Position numbers and translations under genes: made by a program
Assembly (NCBI GenBank): GCA_964012875.1
Contig: CAXGUU010000002.1
Location: 1-32,486 of the forward strand
From: an uncultured bacterium
GTDB taxonomy: Bacteria; Pseudomonadota; Gammaproteobacteria; Ga0077536
Length of the DNA stretch: 32,486 bases
Direction of reading: 5' to 3'
Notes under the pieces: model-generated
What the model was told of the DNA's origin: nothing
The model's input: only the letters and a program-made list of their open reading frames with translations
The model's database searches: none
Shown here: piece after piece, positions 9,413 through 17,853 of the stretch
Layout of the letters: each line of letters opens with the position of its first letter
How positions within the stretch are numbered: position 1 is the stretch's first letter

Positions 9413-9916
9413 ATGACCAGCGACATGAACGAACTGCAATCCGCAATCCTCGATATCACCCATGTCTACAGCATTTATGCCCGCGCTATCGACGAAAAAC
9501 GATTTGATTTGCTGTCGCAGGTATTCAGCGCTGACGCCGAGCTGCACTACATCGTGGGTCCGCACGAATTTCGCTCAAACGGCGCGGAGTCCGGTAATGC
9601 CTTCGGCGAATTTTTGAAACTGTGTTACTGGACGAATCACTTGATCGGCGCGCCGGCAGTGGAGCTTGACGGCGACAGAGCCTGGGCGACGGCCCGCGTG
9701 CAGGCCACCCACCTGCAGGAACGCGACAATGGCGCTATGTCGCGCTGGTTCCTGCGCGGCTCCTATCACGACCAGTTTGAACGCCGCGACGGCAACTGGA
9801 TCATCGTCAACCGCTACTGCCACACGCCGGACGACGAAGGCGAATTCCTCGCCGAAGGGGTCAAGAGGTTTGCTGCGATTGGCTGGACCGAAGCAGCGAA
9901 GGTCCGGGCGGCCTGA
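9413..9916 (+). CDS. SnoaL-like / NTF2-fold protein
   Basis: 167-aa ORF. The N-terminal LQSAILDITHVYSIYARAIDEKRFDLLSQVFSADAEL pattern and the later W/Y-rich cone segments are typical of SnoaL_4/NTF2-like proteins. Confidence 0.7.
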   Translation: MTSDMNELQSAILDITHVYSIYARAIDEKRFDLLSQVFSADAELHYIVGPHEFRSNGAESGNAFGEFLKLCYWTNHLIGAPAVELDGDRAWATARVQATHLQERDNGAMSRWFLRGSYHDQFERRDGNWIIVNRYCHTPDDEGEFLAEGVKRFAAIGWTEAAKVRAA

Positions 9917-9927
9917 TCACCAGTCCC

Positions 9928-10737
9928 ATGGCCCTCGACCCAGCACTCGAGCCATTCCGGGAATATCCTATCGAACCCGGTTTCGCCTACCCGGAGCAGA
10001 TCATTTCGATCGACGTTGCAGAGCAACGTCGTTTGCACGGGTATTGCGATATCGAACCAGGGCTGTTCGAGAATACCGCCGACCCGTCGCTGGTCAGTCG
10101 ACTGCCAATCGTGATGCTGTCGAATACGATTGTTGTGCAACGGCCGCGGTGGGGTCAGGTCCACACGGTACAACGCATTGACCAACGCCGACCTGTTGCA
10201 ACCGGCGAAGCTCTGAATCTGCATGGGACGATCGACCACTGCGTCCCCCATCCCCGCGGCGAGATCATGAAAAGTACCTGGCGCTATATCGATGCCGGCG
10301 GCGAAACGGTGCTTGTTGTCCGTCCCGACGTCTTGATGATCGATCCTGACGGCGGTAGCGAAACCGCGAAAAGACCGGGCGTCGCAGAAGCGGGTGCCGA
10401 ATCGTCACTGCTGTGGTCTAAAACCTGTACGCCGGAGAAAACGGTCTGCTACTGCGAAGGCACGTTCAACCCGATTCATGACGATCCCAAGGTCGCGAAC
10501 AGCTTCGGCTTTCGCGCCCCCATCATTGCCGGCACCCAAACCATGAGCTTTCTGTTAGAGCCGATTTATCGTCGAGCGGCTGTCGATGTGCTCGACGTCG
10601 CCATCCAGTTCAGGCGACCTGTATTCTGGGATGATGTGCTTGGAATCGAGGCGGTCGAAAATACACAAGGCTATTCCCACATTCGTGCCAGCAATGCCGA
10701 CGGCAAGGTTGTTGCTGACTGTACCATCGAACCCTGA
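9928..10737 (+). CDS. MaoC-like (R)-hydratase family protein, double-hotdog size
   Basis: 269-aa ORF. The C-terminal half carries the MaoC hydratase motif FNPIHDDPKVANSFGFRAPIIAGTQTMSF. Confidence 0.7.
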   Translation: MALDPALEPFREYPIEPGFAYPEQIISIDVAEQRRLHGYCDIEPGLFENTADPSLVSRLPIVMLSNTIVVQRPRWGQVHTVQRIDQRRPVATGEALNLHGTIDHCVPHPRGEIMKSTWRYIDAGGETVLVVRPDVLMIDPDGGSETAKRPGVAEAGAESSLLWSKTCTPEKTVCYCEGTFNPIHDDPKVANSFGFRAPIIAGTQTMSFLLEPIYRRAAVDVLDVAIQFRRPVFWDDVLGIEAVENTQGYSHIRASNADGKVVADCTIEP

Positions 10738-10756
10738 CTGACGCCGCATTTAAAGC

Positions 10757-10980
10757 GTGCGGCCGGAACCCGAGGATATTTGCTTCTTGCCCGCGGTCGA
10801 GCTGGCCCGCTGTCTGCGCGCGCGTGAACTGTCGGTCGTTGAAATCACGCGCGCCTTCTGTGAGCGCATCGAGACCTCTAACGCCCGCGTCAACGCGTAT
10901 GTGACAACATGCCTGGACACGGCACTGGAGGCGGCAAAATCCAGCGACCAGCGGATTGCCGTGGGCGCATCGTCGTCCGT
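10757..10980 (+). pseudogene. N-terminal remnant (about 75 codons) of an amidase-signature (GatA-like) amidase
   Basis: ICFLPAVELARCLRARELSVVEITRAFCERIETSNARVNAYVTTCLDTALEAAKSSDQRIAVG matches the canonical amidase N-terminus. The following GPLHGVP / GGSS catalytic core is missing. Similarity ends at the stop codon of the convergent kinase gene (10982). Confidence 0.65.
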
Positions 10981-10981
10981 T

Positions 10982-11995
10982 TTAAGCCGCGCCGAAGCGA
11001 GTCACGTAGTCCCTCGCCAGCGGCACACTGGCGGCAGTGAATTCGACTCCTAGTTCCTGCGCTAGGTCAGTGTCGGAATGCGATCCGATCCAGGCGATGA
11101 TCAACAGCCGCCGCAGCATGAGGAAAGTGGGTATTTCGGCGACCTCTGCCTCACTTAACGGGGCTACCGTTCGGTAACCGCCGACCCAGGCCTCGATCAA
11201 CGCATCCAGCTGCTCGTGCGTCTCCATGAAACTAAGCGCCGTCGCAATGTCGTAGAGAAACCAGCCAAGACCGGCATCATCAAAATCAATTACCCGTGTG
11301 TCATCGCCGGTTTCTAGCAAATTGGCCAAACGCAAATCCGCGTGGATCAGGCCGAACCGATCAGGCCCGTTACCAAATCGCGCCAGGCGCCCGCGCACGG
11401 TCTCATCAGCCTGCTGCAACAGCGCCACGATGTCGTCGTCGAGACCCATGCCGTCCTGCCAGCGTCCCCAGTTGGGCGTGTCGCCCAGACTGTGTTCGTA
11501 GTCCCACACCAGCCGCTCGAAATATGCGGGACGCTGCCAGCTGCGGGCGTGAAGATGCATGCGGGCAGCGACTGCGCCGAGGCGTTTGAACGGTTCGATG
11601 AGTGCCGATTCGTCCGGCTCGTCCCCGGCAATAAACTCGAACATCACCACCATCCGTGACTCGTTCAACTCGGGCGTCTCAACAAGCTTTATCAACTCCC
11701 CATCGAACGCCGGTACCGCTTGCGGTGTTTCAACGCCCGCGTCGGATTTGAGCGCTTTCATCCAAGCCAGCTCCGTGCGGACACCATCAATGGTGTGGTA
11801 GTCGGTCCGGTGTACGCGCAGAATCAGCGGTGGCTCGTCATCGCCGACATCGACCCGGTAGGTCGCATTCTCGGAAATATTAAGCAGGGTCAGCGGCGCG
11901 GACGATAACCCCCACAACGGCAAGGCACGCTCGGCGACACTGTCAAGGTGCGCCAGGCGTTGTTTGTCATCTAGCGATTCGAAGGTCGCAGTCAT
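10982..11995 (-). CDS. APH-fold phosphotransferase (aminoglycoside phosphotransferase / hydroxylysine kinase / amino-alcohol kinase family)
   Basis: Catalytic loop LIHADLRLANLL (HxDxxxxN) and IDFDDAG (DFD metal-binding motif). The start at ATG 11995 (MTATFESL...) has AAGGA about 7 nt upstream. Confidence 0.85.
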   Translation of the reverse strand: MTATFESLDDKQRLAHLDSVAERALPLWGLSSAPLTLLNISENATYRVDVGDDEPPLILRVHRTDYHTIDGVRTELAWMKALKSDAGVETPQAVPAFDGELIKLVETPELNESRMVVMFEFIAGDEPDESALIEPFKRLGAVAARMHLHARSWQRPAYFERLVWDYEHSLGDTPNWGRWQDGMGLDDDIVALLQQADETVRGRLARFGNGPDRFGLIHADLRLANLLETGDDTRVIDFDDAGLGWFLYDIATALSFMETHEQLDALIEAWVGGYRTVAPLSEAEVAEIPTFLMLRRLLIIAWIGSHSDTDLAQELGVEFTAASVPLARDYVTRFGAA

Positions 11996-12130
11996 GAAAA
12001 ATCCTTTCCCGATCCCGACTCCGAATAGTAATCCGAATAACGCGGCCACGCCTGCTGAACCATCAGGCGTCTACGTCGGTTCGGCAGTATTCGATATGCT
12101 GACGATACGATTGTTCTGGAGTGAGACCAT

Positions 12131-12898
12131 ATGTTGACACCGATCCGAGGGCGTAAAGTGATCGTGACGGGCGCGAGCAAAGGCATCGGCAAGGGCATCG
12201 CGCGCGTCTTCGCACGGCACGGTGCTAGAGTGGTCTTGGTCTCCCGCAACCAGGCTGATGTTGCGGCAGCCTGCGCCGACATTGAAGGTGACTGCGTACC
12301 CGTCAGCGCTGACATTTCGACCTGGGCAGGCGCACAGACGCTGGCCGCGCGAGCGGCCGAGGCAATGGGCGGGATCGATATCGTGTGCGCCAACGCCGGC
12401 ATCTTTCCGCAAACGAAAATTGAGGAGATGGAACCTGACGAATGGGATGCCGTGCTCACGACCAACGTCAAGGGAAGTTTCATGATGGTCAAAGCCTGCC
12501 TGCCGTGGCTGAAGGACTCCGAACAAGGCCGCGTCATCCTCACCTCATCGATTACCGGCCCCATCACAGGCTATCCGGGATGGAGCCATTACGGTGCGAG
12601 CAAAGCGGCACAGATTGGTTTCATGCGCACTGCCTGCATCGAACTCGCACGCGACCAAATCACCATCAACGCCATTCTGCCGGGCAATATCGTGACCGAA
12701 GGTCTCGACGGACTTGGAGACGGCTACCTGAACACCATGGCTGCGAGCATTCCACTGAACGCACTGGGTGATGTCGAGGATATCGGTAACACGGCACTGT
12801 TTCTTGCCAGCAAGGAGGCGGGCTACATTACCGGCCAAAGCATTGTTGTCGACGGCGGGCAGACCCAGCCGGAAACGCTCGAAGCACTGGACGCGTAA
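12131..12898 (+). CDS. Short-chain dehydrogenase/reductase (classical SDR)
   Basis: VIVTGASKGIGKGIA (TGxxxGxG), CANAGIF (NAG) and YGASKAA (YxxxK). GGAG lies upstream of the ATG. Confidence 0.9.
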   Translation: MLTPIRGRKVIVTGASKGIGKGIARVFARHGARVVLVSRNQADVAAACADIEGDCVPVSADISTWAGAQTLAARAAEAMGGIDIVCANAGIFPQTKIEEMEPDEWDAVLTTNVKGSFMMVKACLPWLKDSEQGRVILTSSITGPITGYPGWSHYGASKAAQIGFMRTACIELARDQITINAILPGNIVTEGLDGLGDGYLNTMAASIPLNALGDVEDIGNTALFLASKEAGYITGQSIVVDGGQTQPETLEALDA

Positions 12899-12902
12899 CG
12901 AT

Positions 12903-14186
12903 ATGGCACATACCGACCTGCTTGACCGCCGCTATCGAATACTCGGTGAGGGTGCGCCTTTATTCTACGATGAGCCACTGCATATCGTGCGCGGCGAGGG
13001 CGTCTGGCTCTATGACAACGAAGGCCGGCGCTACCTCGATTGTTACAACAACGTGCCGCATGTCGGTCACTGCCGCCCCGAGGTTGTCGCCGCACTCAGC
13101 AAGCAGGCCGCAACGCTCAATGTCCACAATCGCTATCTGCACGAAACGGTACTCGAATACGGAGAGCGACTGCTGTCAATGCTTGACCCGAGCATAGACA
13201 GGATCATGTTTATGTGCACGGGCTCGGAAGCCAATGATCAGGCCTTACGCATTGCCCGTCTGTGCAGCGGCGGTGAAGGTATCGTCTGCACCAACCTCAC
13301 CTATCACGGCAACACTACGGCCGTTGATCAAATCTCGCCCTTGTTTTACGGCAAGGTTTCGCCCTTCCCCAACGTGCGCGCAATACCCTTTCCGGACAGC
13401 TATCGAGCGCCCGGAAACCTGAGCGGAGAAGCCCTCACCGCGCATTATTTGAGCGAACTCGACGCCGCAATCGATGATCTCAAACGTAGTGGCCAGGGTT
13501 TCGCCGGTCTCATCGTGTGTTCGATCTTCGCCAATGAAGGTCTGCCCGATGTCCCGTCCGGCTTCCTGCAGCAGGCCCGCGAGCGCGTTCACCAGGCTGG
13601 AGGGTATCTGATCGCCGACGAAGTCCAGGCTGGCTTTGGCCGTACGGGGAGCATGTGGGGCCACGAAATCGCCGCTGTCGTGCCTGATATCGTCACCATG
13701 GGTAAACCGATGGGCAACGGTTACCCGCTGGCCGCACTGGCGGCTCGATCTGAGCTCATCGACGCCTTTCGATCGAAGGTCATGTACTTCAACACCTTCG
13801 CCAGCGCCCCAGTCGCGAGCGCCGTGGGCCAGGCGGTGCTCGACGTGATGGAAACCGATGACCTCATTCGCCATGCCGGGCGAATGGGACACTACATGAA
13901 AGCGGGTTTTGAACGCCTCGCCGAATCTCACGAAATCATCGGCGACATCCGCGGACATGGCTTGTGGGTTGGGGTCGAGCTGGTCAGCGACCGCGAGGAA
14001 AAAACACCTGCGACCGAGGCAACGAAAGTGGTCGTCAACAAGATGAAATCGCGCGGTATTTTGATGAATCGCATCGGCGAATTCGACAACGTGCTCAAGA
14101 TGCGACCACCGCTGCCATTTGCCGATGCAGAAGCCGATTACCTGCTCCATGAAATCGACCAGGTGTTTGGCGAGATCGTTACCTGA
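12903..14186 (+). CDS. Class-III aminotransferase-fold PLP enzyme, AGXT2L/phospho-lyase-like subgroup
   Basis: GSEANDQALRIAR, ADEVQAGFGRTG and the PLP-lysine segment DIVTMGKPMGNGYPLAA, which I recall as close to the ethanolamine-phosphate / 5-phosphohydroxylysine phospho-lyase signature DIVTMGKPMGNG. ATG 12903 lies 4 nt after the SDR stop. Confidence 0.88.
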   Translation: MAHTDLLDRRYRILGEGAPLFYDEPLHIVRGEGVWLYDNEGRRYLDCYNNVPHVGHCRPEVVAALSKQAATLNVHNRYLHETVLEYGERLLSMLDPSIDRIMFMCTGSEANDQALRIARLCSGGEGIVCTNLTYHGNTTAVDQISPLFYGKVSPFPNVRAIPFPDSYRAPGNLSGEALTAHYLSELDAAIDDLKRSGQGFAGLIVCSIFANEGLPDVPSGFLQQARERVHQAGGYLIADEVQAGFGRTGSMWGHEIAAVVPDIVTMGKPMGNGYPLAALAARSELIDAFRSKVMYFNTFASAPVASAVGQAVLDVMETDDLIRHAGRMGHYMKAGFERLAESHEIIGDIRGHGLWVGVELVSDREEKTPATEATKVVVNKMKSRGILMNRIGEFDNVLKMRPPLPFADAEADYLLHEIDQVFGEIVT

Positions 14187-14218
14187 GACAAGCTAAGAGG
14201 GATATAAGGAAGCGCACC

Positions 14219-15127
14219 ATGACGACTTACACCGTAATTCAGCTCACCGAAGGCATGAACGTCAGTCAGCTCAATGATTTTGCCGGGCGCATCGAAGCCC
14301 TGGGCTATGACGGCCTGTGGGTGCCCGAACTGGATGGCCGGGAACCGGTCGCTTTATCGGGCCATCTCCTAGCCAACACCACAACGCTCAATATCGGCAT
14401 CGGCATTGCGAATGTGTACGTGCGCGATTTTGTCGCCGCCGCACAGGTGCGCCAGACCTTGGCGGAGCTGTCGGGCGGCCGCTTCTGGCTTGGACTCGGG
14501 GTGTCGCACCCGTTGTTGGTCGAGCCGCGCGGTCACACTTTTCTCCCGCCGACCCAGGCGCTCGGTAACTACCTGCGCGGTATTCACGCGACCGAACCTT
14601 CAGGACCGAAACCGGCATCACCGGGGCCGATTGTGTGCGCCGCCCATGGCCCGAACCTGCTGGCGATTTCCCGTGACCTTGCAGACGGTGCTTTCTGTCT
14701 TAACCAGCCGCCGCAGCACACGGCCCGGGCGCGCGAAATCCTTGGCGCCGACAAACGGCTCTGCATCGTTGTGCGTACCGTCCTTGAACCCAATGTCGAG
14801 GCGGCCCGGCAAATGGCCCGTCAGGCGCTCGATTTCTACATCAAACTGCCGGCCTATCACCGGACCTGGAAAGCTGCAGGCTATGACGAATCGGATTTCG
14901 ACAACGGCGGGAGCGACCGCCTGATCGACGCCATTTTTGCACTGGGCGATGAAAAAGCGATCGAGCGCCGTATTCAGTCGCATATCGATGCCGGCGCGTC
15001 TGAAATCTGCTTTTACCCTGTCAACCCGGCAGAAAACATGCAGGCCGACCAGGTTGGCGGCCTTGAACCGGCATGGACCATCCTCGAAGCCTTCGCCCCC
15101 GGACGCAGAGGCCCAGTAACACGGTGA
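14219..15127 (+). CDS. Luciferase-like monooxygenase (LLM) class flavin/F420-dependent oxidoreductase
   Basis: 302-aa ORF. TIM-barrel LLM pattern: GYDGLWVPE, LNIGIGIANVY, GRFWLGLGVSH. AAGGAAG Shine-Dalgarno lies 7 nt upstream. Confidence 0.8.
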   Translation: MTTYTVIQLTEGMNVSQLNDFAGRIEALGYDGLWVPELDGREPVALSGHLLANTTTLNIGIGIANVYVRDFVAAAQVRQTLAELSGGRFWLGLGVSHPLLVEPRGHTFLPPTQALGNYLRGIHATEPSGPKPASPGPIVCAAHGPNLLAISRDLADGAFCLNQPPQHTARAREILGADKRLCIVVRTVLEPNVEAARQMARQALDFYIKLPAYHRTWKAAGYDESDFDNGGSDRLIDAIFALGDEKAIERRIQSHIDAGASEICFYPVNPAENMQADQVGGLEPAWTILEAFAPGRRGPVTR

Positions 15128-16236
15128 ACAGCAAACTTTGTGACATGTTCGGTATCGAAGTGCCGATCTTTGCCTTCTCACACTGCCGCGACGTGGTTGC
15201 TGAAGTCTCGAAAGCCGGCGGTTTTGGCGTCCTCGGCATGGCCCGCATGCACCCCGACCGGGTAGAGCGGGAACTGAACTGGATCGACGAACAGGTCGAT
15301 GGCAAACCCTATGGCATCGATGTACTGATGCCGTCCAGTTTCGAAGACAGCAGCGCCCGCAAGTTCGATCCCGATGAACTCTTCCCGCCGGAGCACGTCG
15401 CCTTCGTGCGCGACATGCTGGACAAAGCCGGTATACCACCGCTACCACCGGAGGAAGAGGATGCGATCAAGAATGAAATCGTGGCCGGCATCAATTTCAC
15501 ACCGGCCGAAAGCCTGGCGATGGCGGAAGCCGCCATGCGCCACCCGATCAAAGCCATCGTCAATGCGCTCGGTACACCGCCACCACAATTGCTCGAACGC
15601 GCGCAGGCCACGGGCATCAAGGTGGGCGCGCTCGCGGGGAAACCGCGCCACGCGGTCAAACACAAGAACGCCGGTTGCGATTTTGTCGTTGCGGTGGGTA
15701 CTGAAGCGGGCGGCCATACCGGTGAAATTTCGTCACTTGTTCTCTGGCCGAGCGTCGTTGATGCCGTTGCACCGCTACCGGTACTGGGTGCTGGCGGTGT
15801 CAGCGGCGGGCGCCACCTCGCCGCAGCCTTTGCTCTTGGCTGCGACGGTGTGTGGTGCGGATCGCTCTGGTTGAAGACGATCGAAAGCGAAGTGATTCCC
15901 GAAATAAAGGCAAAAATGTTCGTCGCTGAAGCAACAGACGCCGTGCTCACCAAAACGGTGACCGGGAAACCGTGCCGGACACTGCGCAATGCGTTCTCTG
16001 AAGCGTGGGACATGCCGGGCGCGCCACCGACCTTGCCGGCGCCAACCCAGAACTATTTATGGTGGCGCGAAGGCCGCACACGTGTCGAGCGCGTCCGCGC
16101 TCAGGATTTTCTGACCTACCCGGTCGGCCAGGCAGTGGGGACAATAAGCGAGGAAACCTCAGTGCGGGAGGTGTTTTACGACCTTATGACAGAGCTGCTG
16201 GACGCGCGCGAGCGGCTTAACCGTATTGTCGACTAG
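15124..16236 (+). CDS. Nitronate monooxygenase (2-nitropropane dioxygenase / FabK-like) family FMN oxidoreductase
   Basis: MFGIEVPIFAFSH, AGGFGVLG and VAVGTEAGGHTG motifs. GTG 15124 overlaps the upstream TGA (GTGA), which suggests translational coupling. ATG 15145 is the alternative start. Confidence 0.85.
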   Translation: MNSKLCDMFGIEVPIFAFSHCRDVVAEVSKAGGFGVLGMARMHPDRVERELNWIDEQVDGKPYGIDVLMPSSFEDSSARKFDPDELFPPEHVAFVRDMLDKAGIPPLPPEEEDAIKNEIVAGINFTPAESLAMAEAAMRHPIKAIVNALGTPPPQLLERAQATGIKVGALAGKPRHAVKHKNAGCDFVVAVGTEAGGHTGEISSLVLWPSVVDAVAPLPVLGAGGVSGGRHLAAAFALGCDGVWCGSLWLKTIESEVIPEIKAKMFVAEATDAVLTKTVTGKPCRTLRNAFSEAWDMPGAPPTLPAPTQNYLWWREGRTRVERVRAQDFLTYPVGQAVGTISEETSVREVFYDLMTELLDARERLNRIVD

Positions 16237-16240
16237 GCTG

Positions 16241-16270
16241 CAAAAGAAAAAGGGCGGCAGAGCCGCCCTT
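16241..16270 (-). terminator. Rho-independent terminator between convergent genes
   Basis: GGGCGGC-aga-GCCGCCC stem (16252-16258 / 16262-16268). On the minus strand it is followed by TTTTTCTTTTG, 20 nt past the CMD-family stop. On the plus strand the U-tract is poor. Confidence 0.65.
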
Positions 16271-16289
16271 GATCATTGGGCCTAAGTGG

Positions 16290-16865
16290 TCAGCCGGCAC
16301 TCTTGGCGCCGTCCTCGAAATTCACTTCACACGGCGCGCCGACACTGTCGAGCCCGGTGGCGTAAACAAGCCGGCCGTAGCCCGTGAAGATCGCCATGCG
16401 CCATCCGAGCGCCATGATTTCACGCTGACTGTAGTGTTGTTTCAGTTCTTCAAACAACGCGTCGCTGACCGACTTGTGATCACCAGCTATGACGCTGGCG
16501 AACCTGAGTGCCGCTTTCTCCGCGTCATTAAACAAATCGCTGTTTTCGAATTCAGGCAACGCCTTGATCATTGCGTCTGTGAGACCCTGATCCTTCGCCG
16601 AAGCATACACGGCCGTCATTCACAGATTGCATTGATTGATTTGCGCGATTTTGTGACGAATGAGTTCAGTGAGTTTCACACTCAGGCCGTCACTGTCCGC
16701 CATAATGTGATCGTAGTAGAACTTAACAAAGTTGCGATACAGATCCGGCGTTTGCGCAAATACCTGGATCCATTCTGAACCGCCGAGCGCGGCGTCGGAT
16801 TCATGCATGGTTTTCTGCAGATCCGGATGCACCGCCTCGTACGGCACCTTATCGATGCGTAGCAT
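16290..16865 (-). CDS. AhpD-like / carboxymuconolactone decarboxylase (CMD, COG2128-type) family protein interrupted by in-frame TGA (16620-16622) at the second Cys of CxxC; candidate selenoprotein, or else a pseudogene
   Basis: Track ORFs 16620-16865 and 16290-16619 are in the same frame and adjacent: ...IRHKIAQINQCNL-TGA-MTAVYASAKDQGLTDAMIKALPEFENSDLFNDAEKAALRFA. This aligns with the family pattern SQxNxCxYCxxxHxxxxxxxGxT...W..S..F...E.AAL. A strong GGAGG Shine-Dalgarno precedes ATG 16865 only; none precedes the internal ATG. Confidence 0.6.
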
Positions 16866-16954
16866 GTGTTACCTCCCAGGGACCAGTCCCGTCCCTGATT
16901 TATATACCGCAGCAGGACGACTTTAAACCCCGGGAGCGAATGCCTCTCGGTCGC

Positions 16955-16984
16955 AAAAAAAAGAGCCGGCAATTGCCGACTCTT
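16955..16984 (-). terminator. Rho-independent terminator of the LLM gene 17005-17853
   Basis: The minus strand reads AAGAGTCGGCAATTGCCGGCTCTTTTTTTTTG. This is a stem of about 10 bp with one mismatch followed by a run of 8 T, 20 nt after the stop. Confidence 0.75.
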
Positions 16985-17004
16985 CGGATCCGAGAAACTC
17001 GCGA

Positions 17005-17853
17005 TCAGTTAACGAATTTCGCGTAGCTGTCCAGAATGGGCAGCACGGTTTCGGGGCTTTCGGGCGGCAAGGGCAGGATAGCGCGCTTGAAGCCCATGTC
17101 TGCCAGCGGGTTGATGTGATCAGCTTCCGGGGCCATGGCGAAGAACATCGACAGCTCGACGCTTTCAGGGTCGCGACCAATCTCCTTACAGGCCTCGGTG
17201 ATCTGGATCATGCCACCTTCAAAGTCGTATAGGCCCCCCAAGGGCATCCAGCCGTCACAAAATTCGGCCACATGCTTGGCCGTCTTGGGTCCGGCGGCGC
17301 CGCCCATCAAAATCTTCGGATGCGGTTTCTGGGTGGGCTTCGGCCACGCCCAGGATTCCTCGAACGTGGTTTTGTCGCTCGAATAGCTGGCCTCGTCCTT
17401 GGTCCACAGTTCTTTCATCAACTTGATATTGTCCGCGAGGATACCGCGACGCTTTTTGTAATCGAGACCATGGTTACGCATTTCCTCAACACACCAGCCG
17501 TAACCGATCCCGAATTCGAACCGGCCGCCTGAGATCATGTCGAGACTCGCAACCTCTTTCGCCAGCCAAATCGGATCGCGTTGCGCAACCAGGGTGATGC
17601 CCGTACCGAGTCGCAGATTAGTAGTCACCGCCGCCGCGGCCGTGAGCGCGACGAACTGGTCATGGGTACGCCAGTACTCTTCAGGTAGCGGTCCCAGGTT
17701 CGGGTTACCGCCCCAGGGTGTTTCCCGGCTGGTCGGAATATGGCTGTGCTCCGGAAACCACAGCGATTCGAAACCACGCTCCTCGCAGGCCCGCGCCAAC
17801 TCCATCGGCTGAATCGCCTTGTCGGTCGGGAACATAATGACACCAATATCCAT
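17005..17853 (-). CDS. LLM class oxidoreductase, Rv2161c-like (annotated family: probable F420-dependent)
   Basis: MDIGVIMFPTD...GFESLWFPEHSHIPTSRETPWGG...LRLGTGITLVAQRDPIWLAKEVASLDMISGGRFEFGIGYGW...DGWMPLG matches the pattern I recall for the mycobacterial Rv2161c-type LLM subfamily. GGAG lies upstream of the ATG. Confidence 0.85.
   Translation of the reverse strand: MDIGVIMFPTDKAIQPMELARACEERGFESLWFPEHSHIPTSRETPWGGNPNLGPLPEEYWRTHDQFVALTAAAAVTTNLRLGTGITLVAQRDPIWLAKEVASLDMISGGRFEFGIGYGWCVEEMRNHGLDYKKRRGILADNIKLMKELWTKDEASYSSDKTTFEESWAWPKPTQKPHPKILMGGAAGPKTAKHVAEFCDGWMPLGGLYDFEGGMIQITEACKEIGRDPESVELSMFFAMAPEADHINPLADMGFKRAILPLPPESPETVLPILDSYAKFVN

Noticed and set aside
13245-14150. Long minus-strand ORF (301 aa) and similar long ORFs opposite real genes: 2262-3032 +, 14618-15448 -, 15309-16013 -, 20910-21677 +, 27571-28248 -, 30673-31320 +, 1006-1689 +, 11992-12567 -, 31914-32393 -
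   Set aside because: All lie antisense to, or out of frame with, ORFs that have clear family motifs. Their translations are Arg/Ala/Pro/Ser-rich low-complexity strings typical of shadow ORFs in GC-rich DNA, and none has a recognisable domain.
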